NCBI RefSeq assembly: GCF_021028975.2
Contig: NC_059438.1
Span: 24,986,001 to 25,050,000 of the forward strand
Direction: 5' to 3'
Source: Sphaerodactylus townsendi
Taxonomy: Eukaryota
Length of the DNA: 64,000 bases
Positions 12,918 to 24,070 of this stretch are shown here, one piece after another. Position numbers and translations under genes: made by a program. Positions within the stretch are counted from its first letter, which is position 1, and every line of letters starts with the position of its first letter. The notes below the pieces were generated by a model. The model was given only the letters and a program-made list of their open reading frames with translations, made no database searches and was not told the origin of the DNA.

Positions 12918-14801
12918 AGGGGGCTGCCCAAGGGCAGCTGGGAACAGTGGGCGGGGTCATTTCTACAGGCCCCCTCCCTCCCTCCCTCCTGGTGCGGAGG
13001 CTCCGTGCTCGTCCTTCCCTCGGCCTCACCCAGCGAGGAGGCAGCCTGCGTCCACAGCTTCCGTCCTGCCACGTTGGAGTTGAGTGGAACCAACCTTCGT
13101 CTTTCGCAGTGGAGAGGTGAGCTATCCTGAGGCGCCAGCCGGCTGGACGGGGAACCGCAGAGGTCGCCACGCCACCCGGTTTGTACTGTGGGGTGGATGT
13201 TCCATATCAACGTACAGAAGGGTCTATTTTATTGGGATGCTTTTAATAAAACTTTCACACCGTTGGCCCTGGTTCCATTTGTGGTTTGCAATAGCAACGA
13301 CGCATTTTGTGGATAACTCTCTTGATTGATTGATTTATTTTTTATTCAACAGTGTGTTAACTCATTCAGGGTTTTTAACTTTAAAAAAAAAAAGCATGGG
13401 ACGTTGAAACTTTATAAAGGGACTTATTGTGTCGATTGCCTGCTGTTGCCCCTGAGGCCAAGAGCAGCCCTGGTCTAGAACCTCGAGTGGTTTTGCTGAT
13501 GAGCATTCCAGAAATCCCCCCCCCCCCCCAAGAAGAGGCAGAGGTCGGTTGTCCCTGCCCCGCGAGCTCCCTTCTCTCTTCCCCCCGCTTTCCCTGGCTG
13601 GCCTTTCTCATTTTGTAATGGCTTTTGTGATACTCTAGAGGTTCTTGCTTTTTTTTCTACATCTCTCAACGTGACAATGTCCTTTTCACATTTTATAGAG
13701 GAAAAAATACAAAGCAGTTAACTCTTGATATTGCAATATCTGTGTCTGACTAGGAACAATAGTATTTTTATGGAGTATTATTTTTTAAAGTCTATTTTTT
13801 AAAGAAAAAAAACCAGCACCGGTTCAAAAACTTCAGTCTGGTCATGGGGGGGCGGGGGGCATGTTGGGACCTTGGACGGAGGAGGGGGGCTTCCTTTTAA
13901 CACCCCACCGATGTACTTGGGTTTTGCTTTTATTGTTTGCGGGGTGGCTTTTTTCTTTCCTCTTAAGGAAAAAAAAAAGAAAGGTCTTTGTTGAACTGAC
14001 CTCTGAAATTCTGTTTCTCCGCGTAATAACTGTTTCTTTTTAGAAGCTAGAGAGAACACAAGACCATTTTAGGTGGTTGTAATCTCTGTTAGATCTGCTG
14101 CCACAACGTGTGTTGTCCAGGTTTTACACCACTGGGTCAGTGGCTCTTGAGTAGACTTGACAGGAATAAAAAACTGTGAATAAGTTGCAGCGTGTTTGCG
14201 TCTGTGTGTCTTTCTCACCACTTGAAGGGTTCTTTTAACTGGGAGCAGAGGCAGCGCTGTATAGTGCAGCCACCGCTGGATGCCAAACGAAACCCTCAAA
14301 TGCCAGCGCCATGGAAGAGCGGGCGCGACAACTCGTTTCTAGCTGCTCGTTTCTATCAGGGGATGCTCCAGGATTCTGCCCACTTCTCTGTGGGAAGCTG
14401 ATTGGAGGTTTCTTCTGCCAATGAATCGCCTCACCTCTGCTGGCGGTAGCGGATGGGGAGAACTCGTGTTGGACGGGATGTCGCTAGGGGAGTGAACCTC
14501 GGCTGCACAAGCTAATCTGGTTCACCAGATAAAGCCTCCACAGCTCAAGTGGCAGAGCGGGGAATCAAACCCGGTTCTCTCACCCACCGGCTGGCTGGCA
14601 CCCTCCAAGACTTCACCCTGGGACACGAATGTAGGTGCACGTGAGGGAGATTCAGCGCTGTCAGCACGTGACTTGACACCTCAGGGCTAGACTTTTGGGG
14701 ACAACAAGTGAAGGGCTGTGGGGTTCAGAGAACTGACCCCCATGTGGTTTCTCCTGCTGGAAATGCTTCATTCCCGCATTTCAATGACTCTTCCTAGGAT
14801 A

Positions 14802-15090
14802 GAGAGCCAGCCTGGTGTAGTGGTTAAGAGCAAGTGCACTCTAATCTGGAGAACCGGGTTTGATTCCCCGCTCTGCCACTTGAGCTGTGGAGGCTTTATC
14901 TGGTGAACCAGATTAGCTTGTGCACTCCAACACACGCCAGCTGGGTGACCTTGGGCTAGTCACAGTTCTTTGGAGCTCTCTCAGCCCCACCTACCTCACA
15001 GGGTGTTTGTTGGGGGCGGGGGAGCTTGTAAGCCCCTTTGAGCCTCCTTACAGGAGAGAAAGGGAAAATATAAATCCAAACTCTTCTTCT
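14802..15090 (+). mobile_element. Squam3-like (MIR/Ther1-derived) tRNA SINE
   Basis: A/B boxes TGGTGTAGTGG and GGTTTGATTCC, CORE GCTGGGTGACCTTGGGCTAGTCAC, L2-like end CTACCTCACAGGG, (CTT)n tail. Confidence 0.8.
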
Positions 15091-15167
15091 ACATTCCTGC
15101 CTTTCAGAGGGTGACTGACCATGTTGGTTTGCATTAGGACAGCTCAGTAGCATTAGGACAGCTCAGT

Positions 15168-15459
15168 AGCAAAATTTCTGCTAACAATAATAGACGTAAG
15201 TCTAGATGAATACCAACCAATGTCTATGTATTATGACCACATATAGCCAGCAGTAATTTTGCTAGCTTCTGTCAGTATCCGATGACGTTTAAGTGAGTTA
15301 ACTCAGCTGAAGGAAAGTCCTATAGTTACAGAAGGACCATGTATATATTTTAGTATTTAGTATTTTAGTACCAGTGTCTATAATTGTGAGCAATAATGGG
15401 CAAATTTTGTATGCTGATTTTGTATGTTTATTTTATGCCAATAAAGGCTTCTGAATGAA
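15168..15459 (+). mobile_element. 5'-truncated LINE 3' end (RTE-X-like) with 13-bp TSD
   Basis: TSD AGGACAGCTCAGT at 15155-15167 and 15460-15472; begins (V)AKFL; ends GCCAATAAAGGCTTCTGAATG. Confidence 0.65.
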
Positions 15460-15552
15460 AGGACAGCTCAGTTGGAATCCAGTAGCACCTTAGAGACCAG
15501 CAGGATTGGGGTGGGGGTTATGAGCTTCCAAGAGTCAGATAAAGAAGGGAGC

Positions 15553-15910
15553 TTTCTTTTCTTTTTTGTTTAAAAAGTAAACTTTATTAACAAAAAAGTA
15601 CAAAGACAAAAAAACAAACATTACAAACTAAACATTTATATAACAACACACATCAAGTAACTCACAATTGCTATTAACTCACTTAAGTTAAAAAAAACTT
15701 ATATAAAAATAATACTTCCATTTAAAAAATTGGATTGTTTCAATAAACAGTTATTATTCCCTGCTAACCTTTAAATACATCAGGTTTACTCTTTATCCTC
15801 ATCTAAATCCAACATATTCCTTACATCCTTTAAACTTGTAAACTTTAGTAAGAAGAGAAAAAAGCACAAATCTTATTATATTAACCATACAGCTGTTAAA
15901 TTCAATGCTG
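15553..15910 (-). mobile_element. AT-rich LINE (L1/Tx1-like) 3' end
   Basis: On the minus strand, AATAAA followed by an A-rich tail and a T-rich 3'UTR. Confidence 0.45.
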
Positions 15911-16887
15911 CCATAAGGGAGCGTTCACTGAAAAGCAGATACCTCAAAACGTGTGGGGACAGGGGGGGTGTCCTGGGCTTTGAGGCGCCTGCTGTGCCCT
16001 CCAAGGGGAGCAACTTTCTCGTCTCTGCTCTTCCACTTCTGAAATCCTTCCTGGTTTGAGGCAGCGCTTGACTTGCCTTTGGCAACAGTCCTGCCTCTGA
16101 TCGCTTGTTCAAAAGGGGCTTTGCAAGGCAGGTGCGCTTAGCTGTTGCACTCAAGCCATTGCTCACTGAGGTGTTGTGGGTTTTCCGACTGTATGGCCGT
16201 GCAGGGGTCTCCCGGAGAGGAGCAGCTGCAGCAGCCGCAGCGAGCCTTCCTCCGGTCCTCCTCCTCCTCCTCCTGTGGAGTGAGCAAAGGGGCGGACAAG
16301 ATCAGCCCCACATGCCTCCCTTTCCCAGGACCAGAACTCCCCCCCTCCGCCTCCCCCACAGCAGCTGCCCCCTCCTCCCGCCCCCCTGCAAGTGACAGAC
16401 CCACCACCCCCCCAAGACCCCCTAGCCGATCGCTCCTCCACTGCCAACCCCTCCCCGCCCATCAGGGCCAGGGAGGGAGGGAGGGCGGCCAGAGTCCCCC
16501 CAGCGACGACGAACCTCCAGCAGCAGCCCCCATCCCCTCGACCGCTGCCACTGAACCCCCCCCCCCGGCCCCGGAGAACAGGGCGGCGGCAGCTGCTGCT
16601 GCTTGGGGGGCTGGACTCTCCCCAAAAACGCCCCCCCCCACCTAGCCTGGCTCCCCCCCTCTCACGTCCTGATCGGCTGCAGCAGCTGAATACAATCTGA
16701 CCCTTAGTTCTAGGGAGAGAGAGCTCTCAGGGAACGTTGTAATGTTCTCAGAGAGAGTAGTAACGCTATGAACGTTATAATGCTCTCGGAGACCGCTGTA
16801 GTGCTCTCAGAAAGTGTGGTAACGCTCTGATAGCGTTACGATGCTGAGAAGTGCCGCGCTGTGGGGGGGGGGGGGGGGGTCGGCGCT

Positions 16888-17194
16888 TGTAGTTCATGCC
16901 TTTGGCCACCGGAGGGCAGCAGCAGCAGCAGCGTCCCCAGCGGCTCCCCTGCCCAAAGAGGCTCGGGACACTCCACAACCTCGACGTGCGGCTTCGTGCG
17001 AAGGCGGCCCCTGGGAAAGGCCGCCCTAGGCTCTCGGCTCCATTGTCCCACCGGGCTGCCAGGTCAAAGAGGCTCGGGAAGTCAGCGGAATCACCCCATC
17101 GCATCCACGTGCGGTCTCGTGCGAAGACGGCGGTCAGGGTGGCCTGGGACGGGGGTCGGCGCTTGTAATTCACGACTTTGGCCACCGGAGGGCG
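16888..17194 (+). promoter_or_regulatory. Two co-oriented CTCF sites with upstream module
   Basis: TGTAGTTC-N7-TGGCCACCGGAGGGCAGC (16888-16920) and TGTAATTC-N7-TGGCCACCGGAGGGCG (17164-17194). Confidence 0.6.
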
Positions 17195-17996
17195 AAGAGC
17201 AAATCTGTGTTGTCCAATTTCAAATGGAAAATAATGCTTTGGCGATCTTTCAGAGGAAAGCATTGCACGTTTTTTGATGGTTTTTGCTCCTTCTTCCTGT
17301 CCGTCCAGATGTCCCTCCCTTGCCCAGCTGGATTCAGCTGTCCTGCACTGTCAGTGGCACCCAGTACACCAGGGGCTGCAGGCTGGCCAGATCTCAGCAG
17401 TGAAGCAGGGTCAGCCCTGGCAAGGAGAGCCGGGGGGTTTCTGTCCTGCAGGCTGTGGGAAATCACCCGAAAGGAGCGCGTTTCACCCCCTCATCAAGTG
17501 GTGGAGTGCTCGGTAGAAACAAGCGTGTCCGACCCAGAGCCACGGGCTATTATGGAAAAAGAAAACAACCTGTGTGTTTAGGGTCTTTCTTACGCTGCCC
17601 TTCTGCCCCACGGCTTTTCAACTTCACAACAACCCTTTGAGGTGGGCTCGGCCGCGAGAGCAGAGCTCCTCTCGGGAGTCCGGCGGCTTGCTTTGCCTGC
17701 GACCGGCGCGTTCCGAGCAGGCTGCCGGAGGGGGGGGGGAATCTCCCGACCGGGAGCCGCCCTCCACTGCCCGCCGCTCCAGCAGAGCCGGGGCGAGTGC
17801 CAGCGAGGCTGAGCCAAGAGGAAAGGAAAAGCGCTGCTGCCGCTGCCAAGTCGGGCCAGGTGGGGGGCTGCTCTGGGCGGCGTCCAAGGCCGGCCCCGCG
17901 GGCGGCGGTTGGCTCGGGGGAGGCCCATGCTAATGAGGCGGCGGCGGCTTTATGGGCCCGGCCGGCCGGCCGCTGCCCCCCACCCGCCCTGCGGCC

Positions 17997-20900
17997 ATGC
18001 CGCGATCGTTCCTGGTCAAGAAGGCGGACGCCGCCCGCACCCGCCGCCGCGCGCCCAACTACGGCCACCTGGACACGCGGCGCCCAGGTCGGCAGCCCCA
18101 CCGGGGGGAGGGCGGGGCGGGGCGGGGCGGGGCGGGGGGCTCCTGGCTCCGCACGTGCCTGGCGGGGCTCTCCGGGCGGGGTCCCCCCTGGGGTGGGTCG
18201 GTCCGGGCGGCTTTGCAGGCGCGTCGGGGCGGGAGGGCGGCTACTGAGTCCGGCCGGGCCAGGTGCTGCCTCCGAGCGGGAGGTCCTTTGGGGCTGCCCG
18301 GGAGGCCGATCACAAGAGGGAAACCGGCAGCGGGGAGCTCTGCGGAGCTCCCTGCCGGGCAGGCTGCCTTGGGCTCGGGGGCAAGCCCTCCTCCGGGCCC
18401 CCGAAAGGCCTTTTCCGACGGCGGGCGGGCGGGCGGGCGGGCGAGCGAGCCAGGAGGACCCCTCTTCCCTGAAAGGAGGCCGGGGCCCCGGGCCCAGCCG
18501 TCTCCAGCGCCCCGCTGCCGGCTTTTGGGGCCGCCGACCCCTCGGGCTGGAACCTCACCCCCCCCCCCCCACCGCCCTTCTCGTCTGGGTTTCCCAGCCT
18601 TTTTTGAGGCGGGGGTGGGGGTCGGGGGACGACCTGGGATTGCCAAATAATAATAGTCAACCACCAGTTAAAGAACTAACAGCTGTGAAATCAACAATAG
18701 TAATATAATAATAATAAACATTACAACTTCCTAGGCCTCTGGGTGAGGCTCGAATTGTAATGAAAGGCCATCAGCCACCTAAAGAACTGGCAGCTGGGAA
18801 ATCATCCGATGATGGTAGTAGTAGTAGTAGTAGTAGGTGCTCTGGGAGGAATACCAAGAAACCTTGAAAAGCATCTGGAAAGCCTGAACTTGGACAGAAC
18901 ATCAGTCCCCATGCTGCAGAAAGCAGCACTTGTAGGAACTGCACACATACTACGCAAATACCTCTAATATCCTAGGTCCTTGGGAAGGAATCGATATTCA
19001 GAGATGAATTCCAGACACTTGTGCTGTGTTATGTGTATTAATAATAATGATAATGATAATGATAATAATAGCTGGGCGCCACCCCAAAAACACTAGGGTA
19101 GCACTTGAAACATCTTCGAATTGACAAAATTAACATCTGTCAAATTCAGAAGGCAGCCCTGCTGGGATCCGCACGAATACTACGCCGATACATTACAACT
19201 TCCTAGGCTTCTGGGTGAGGCTCGAATTGTAATGAAGACCCAACAACCAGCTAAAGATCTGGCAGCTGTGAAATCTACAACAACAATAATAATAGACTCT
19301 CCACAGCTAGACTGATTCCCTTGTATTAAAGTGATGCTCTGGGCCCCCCTCTGTTAGTGCCTTGCCTGGGATGCCTTACAGGGTTGTCGCTTTTCAACAC
19401 TGCAGCAGCTGTGCAGTCTGGAAAGAGATCTGGCCTTGCTTCTCTCCCCCCCCCCCTCCCACCACAGGGCAGTCTCCTGCAGTGGGTGGCTGCCGGGGTT
19501 CACCCCAGGACTGAGCCATCCAGCAGACTAGCCCTGTTGTGTTTGGCGTAAACAGCCCACACGTGCTGCCGGCTGCAGACAGGCCCCGGAGTCTGTGCAG
19601 GCACCTTCCGGATGATTGACGAGGTTTAATGGCTGATGGTGCAAAGATTCCCCAGAGGCAGAAAGTGTGTGAGTTAATCCACCCGACTCCTCCGTGAGGC
19701 TCGACCCTGTTGATAAATGCAAAAGGAAAGCTTCCGAGGGGGTCACTGAGGATAGAGGCAGTCGGGAGGGGCTGCCCGCTGGGAGCCTCTGTTGCAGTGC
19801 AGGCCGGGTGCAGCTGAGAGTGTTGGGGGATCACTGGGAACCAGTGGCTCCCCCTGGGAGCCAGCGTGGCGTAGTGGTTAAGAGCAGGTGTACTCTAATC
19901 TGGAGAACTGGGTTTGATTCCCCACTCTGCCACTTGAGCTGTGGAGAACCAGATTAGCTTGTGCACTCCAACACATGCCAGCTGGGCTACCTTGGGCTAG
20001 TCACAGTTATTTGGAGCTCTCTCAGCCCCAGCCCCCTCACAGGGTGTTTGTTGTGAGGGGGAAGGGCAAGGAGATTGTAAGCCCTTGCAGGAGAGAAAGG
20101 GGCAATATAAATCCAACTCTTCTTCTCTGGGGAAGAGTTCAAGCAGAGGCTGGGCTCCACTCTGAGCGGATGCTTTGGCTTCTTGCACTGAGGGGGTGGT
20201 GAGACTCAGTGGCCCGTTTTGAATCTGGGTCGTCGTGATCCACACAGTTCCCATTAAGATGAATGGGGGGGTTGCAGGGCCCTGGTGTGGTTCTGTGGGG
20301 TGGGGAGAAGTCCAGTTCGGTCATTTGTTCTCCCCCCCCCCCCCGTGACCGTTTCGGGCTTTTGCTGTGACCTCTGCGGCTCCCTCCCATGGACAGAGCT
20401 GGGACGTCACAGGGAAACTCTGCTGAGCTTAGCTGGAAGATTTTGTGCCTCTGGAAGTGACCAGCAATGCGACCTTTTGCTCTCAAAGCTTTTCTTCTGT
20501 TTCTCCCCCAGAATGCAGTGGGCCGTGCCCAGGCTGGCAGGGGCTGGCACTTCCACTCCTCATGCCCGAAGATGCCGCCTGCCTGTCCCCCTGCGAGGCT
20601 GGCTGGCTCTGGGACCGCAGTTCTGGCTTCGCCCACCCATCCTCGCCTCTTCCGCAGAGCAGCCAGGCCAGAGGGGATCCCGCTGGCTCCGGCCGGCAAC
20701 CCACAGCCTCTGGAGACGGTGCCCCAGCCGGAGGCCGACCCTCCAGCTCACCCCTCCGGGATAATCCAAACAACCTCAATCTCCCGTCTGCCTTTGGACT
20801 GCCTCCCAAAAGGACTCTCCATCTGGGAAGCCCTGCAGAGGGCGGAGGGGAGAAAGTGCAGGGGGAGCCAGGCGGGGCTGCTGCCTCCCCCGAAGGATTG

Positions 20901-22230
20901 GTGTGTCCGGACTGTCGCAAGGCCTACCACGGCTTCTCGGGCCCACCCCAGCACAGACAGCTGCATTGCAAGCTGCATTCGGCAGCCAGGAAATGCTTCA
21001 ACTGCAAGTACTGCGAGAAGGAGTACGCCAGCCTGGGGGCCCTCAAGATGCACCTCCGCACCCACACGCTGCCCTGCGTCTGCCGCATCTGCAGCAAGGC
21101 CTTCTCCCGGCCCTGGCTGCTCCAGGGGCACATCCGCACACACACAGGTAGGGGCCAGCCTGGGAGGAGGGGGTGGAGGGCCGCAATAAGGAGGGGGCTT
21201 TCTTCATTTGGACAGGAGTAAGGGAGAGAGAGAAGAAGAGTCTGGATTTATATCCCCCTTTTACAATCTCCTTCCCTCCCCCCCCCCCCCCACAGCAAAC
21301 AACCTGTGAGGTAGGTGGGGCTGAGAGAGTCCTGAGAAAACTGTGTCTAGCAGTGCACAAGCTAATCTAGTTCCCCAGATAAGCCTCCACAGCTCAAGTG
21401 GCAGAACGGGGAATCAAACCTGGTTCTCCAGATTAGAGTGCACCTGCTCTCTAATAAGATGCCAACCACAGATGCAGGTGAAACATCAGGAGAAAATGCT
21501 ACTGGAACACGGCCATACAACCCAGAAAACTCACAACACCCTAACAAGAAAATTGTTTGCAACTGCACCTCCAGACACATTTCTTCTTAGAGAAGATACT
21601 GTATGTATCACAGAAGTGCAGTTTAATATATACCGTGTTTCCCCGAATATAAGACAGTGTCTTATATTAATTTCTGCTCCCAAAGATGCGCTATGTCTTA
21701 TTTTCAGGGGATGTCTTATTTTTCTGTGTTCTGTTCGTTGGGCATGCTTCCAAACAAAAACTTTGCTACGTCTTACTTTTGGGGGATGCCTTATATTTCG
21801 CACTTCAGCAAAACCTCTACTACGTCTTATTTTCCGGGGATGTCTTATATTTGGGGAAACAGGGTAGTAATGTATAGCATGTGCAGTTTATCGACTTGAA
21901 AACTCTGCAGGGCACCCTAAGTCAGCTGTGATTTGAGGGCCCTTCCCACCCCCACAGTTGGGGGGCTGAGATCCCTAGAGTAGCTCCACCGGGGCCTGAC
22001 TCTCTTCTCTTTTGGTTCCCTGCCCAGGCGAGAAGCCCTACTCCTGCTCCCACTGCAGCCGAGCTTTTGCGGACCGCTCCAACCTCCGCGCCCACCTGCA
22101 GACTCATTCGGATGTGAAGAAATACCAGTGTCACGTGTGCTCCAAGACATTTTCCCGCATGTCCCTGCTGATGCGGCATAAGGAGGCGGGGTGCTGCCCT
22201 CCCACCCACCAGGGCTTTGAGCAGGACTAG
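17997..22230 (+). CDS. SNAI3: Snail family transcriptional repressor 3, 309 aa, 3 exons
   Basis: Exons 17997-18087, 20512-21147, 22028-22230 (930 nt). [13 protein letters not shown]; SNAI3-type [12 protein letters not shown]; C2H2 fingers [63 protein letters not shown]. Lies downstream of RNF166 as in human. First downstream AATAAA at 23231. Confidence 0.93.
18657..19294 (+). mobile_element. Cluster of four 3' fragments of R4/Dong-clade non-LTR retrotransposons in SNAI3 intron 1
   Basis: 18833-18967 encodes [15 protein letters not shown]...[17 protein letters not shown]; 19071-19206 encodes ...[20 protein letters not shown]. Fragments are separated by (TAA)n/(TAG)n/(CAA)n tracts. Confidence 0.75.
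19857..20127 (+). mobile_element. Squam3-like SINE
   Basis: Same family consensus. Confidence 0.8.
21230..21452 (-). mobile_element. Squam3-like SINE, partial
   Basis: Same family consensus. Confidence 0.75.
21456..21541 (+). mobile_element. Truncated PLE terminal-repeat fragment
   Basis: AAGATGCCAACCACAGATGCAGGTGAAACATCAGG...CACGGCCATACAACCC; lacks the CTG of the core and abuts a SINE. Confidence 0.7.
21633..21864. mobile_element. Tc1/mariner-superfamily MITE (second copy 39489-39730)
   Basis: TIR CCGTGTTTCCCCGAA.ATAAGAC, TA TSD, internal GTCTTATTTTC repeats. Confidence 0.75.
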
Positions 22231-22433
22231 CCGAAAAACTGGCCGTCCAGGAAACGACGGAGAAGACACGAAGTGCAGAAGCCAGAGGTTCCTTATAACA
22301 TTCAGCCTCTGTCACAAATTGCCTTGAAGAATGGCTGCACTCAGTCGGGTCAAGGCCGGGATGCTCTCGGGTCAAGTGATGGAGGGGTGTCAGCTGCCTC
22401 CTGCAAGGAAGCTGGCTAAGAGACTGGTTTTGG

Positions 22434-22900
22434 GGTGCTGTGTGGTTTCCGGGCTGTGTGGCCGTGTTCTAGCAGCATTCTCTCCTGACGTTTCGCCTGC
22501 ATCTGTGGCTGGCATCTTCAGAGGATCTGATAGCAGGAATGGAAAGCAAGTGGAGTATATATACTGTGAGGTCAAAAGGTAAGGCCCTCTGAATAGAGTA
22601 GCCTGGTATGTGAGTCACAAAGTCTGTAGCCTGGGAGTAACAATGAAGATAGCAAGGTCAATTATTACTCCCAGACTTCTTTGTGACTCACATACCAGGC
22701 TACTCTATTCAGAGGGCCTCACCTTTTGACCTCACAGTATATATACTCCACTTGCTTTCCATTCCTACCATCAGATCCTCTGAAGATGCCAGCCACAGAT
22801 GCAGGCGAAACGTCAGGAGAGAATGCTGCTAGAACACGGCCATACAGCCCGGAAACCACACAGCACCCCAGTGATTCCGGCCGTGAAAGCCTTCGACAAT
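22434..22900 (+). mobile_element. Penelope-like (PLE) terminal-repeat element, fold-back, with hammerhead ribozyme motifs
   Basis: Inverted arms about 22431-22640 and 22665-22870, plus a unique 3' tail 22871-22900. Flanked by direct repeat AGACTGGTTTTGG (22421-22433, 22901-22913). Confidence 0.85.
22776..22818 (+). ncRNA. Minimal type I hammerhead ribozyme motif (antisense copy at 22483-22525)
   Basis: TCCT-CTGAAGA-T-GCC-loop-GGC-GAAA-C-GTC-AGGA: stem I TCCT/AGGA, CUGANGA and GAAA core, GUC cleavage triplet, palindromic ACGT helix III typical of PLE hammerheads. Confidence 0.8.
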
Positions 22901-23629
22901 AGACTGGTTTTGGATTCTTTGCACCAAATTCTGCAGCAGGATCGTCTCTGTTGGGCCTTAGTTGTTCCACCCAGAGAGGGCCGTTGGTGTGCTTTCTGCA
23001 GGCTGGTTCACCCGGGCAACAGAGATCCTGCCCCTTCTTGCCCACATAGCAAGTTCCAGCTGCTCCGTTAGGAGATTTCCACCTCCTGGTATGCAATGAA
23101 ATGTGGTTTCCCTATATTCTTGTGGTTATCTCCCCCTCCACCCTGCCCTACCCACTCACAATTTTTGTGGGTGTGGCTGGAATATGGGATCTTCCTCTTT
23201 CTGGTTTGGTTGTCTTCTTTGATTTTAAGAAATAAAGTAATGCGGCTTAATGTTGACTCCAATCCAATTTCTTTTTTAAAAAAACCATTTAATGGAAGGG
23301 TTTGAAGGCACCTAATTCATTGCATTTTTAAGTTCCTGTTCAGCTTCCTTCATTGCTGGCATTGATCACGAGCTGGCATCAGGCACGCCGCCTCCAAAAT
23401 ATGGCAAGGAGTTCTCCGTGACAATTTGTTGGCTTGCGAGCCACAGCGGAGACGACAAGCTGCTAAGTAGCCTTGTTCCAAGAACACTGGAAAAATCCTG
23501 CTGGTTCAATTCACTACTGGTGTCTTTCACACATTGCGTGGGCTCAGTGGGCCACCAACTTTGGCATCAGGGCCTGTTTGTGACATGTCAATAATTATTT
23601 TTCCTTGCCCCTGCCCTTTGTGTCTGTTG

Positions 23630-24070
23630 GAGAGCCAGCATGGTATAGTAGTGGTTAAGAGCAGGTGCATTCTAATCTGGAGAACTGGGTTTGATTCCCT
23701 GCTCTGCTACTTGAGCTGTGGAGGCTTATCTGGTAAATTAGATTAGCTTGTACACTCCAGCACACGCCAGCTGGGTGACCTTGGGCTAGTCACAGCTCTT
23801 CTGAGCTCAGCCCCACCCACCTCACAGGGTGTTTGTTGTGAGGGGGGAAGGGCAAGGAGATTGTAAGCCCCTTTGAGTCTCCTGCAGGAGAGAAAGGGGG
23901 GATATAAATCCAAACTCTTCTTCTTCTAGTCACAGTTCTTCAGAGCTCTGTCAGCCCCACCTGTCTCACAGGGTGCTTGTGGAGAGGGGGGAAGGAAAGG
24001 GGGTTTGTAAGCCCCTTTGAGTCTCCTACAGGAAAGAAAGGGGGATATAAATCCAAACTCCTCTTCTTCT
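23630..24070 (+). mobile_element. Squam3-like SINE followed by a second 3' half (23927-24070)
   Basis: Full copy then a 5'-truncated copy, each ending ATAAATCCAAACTC(CTT)n. Confidence 0.8.

Noticed and set aside
14802-14880. tRNA genes at A/B-box sequences
   Set aside because: These are SINE heads that continue into CORE and L2-like tails; no cloverleaf.
17550-18708. Long overlapping ORFs (183-303 aa) at the SNAI3 5' end
   Set aside because: Stop-poor GC-rich CpG island; only 17997-18087 encodes a recognisable peptide (SNAG).
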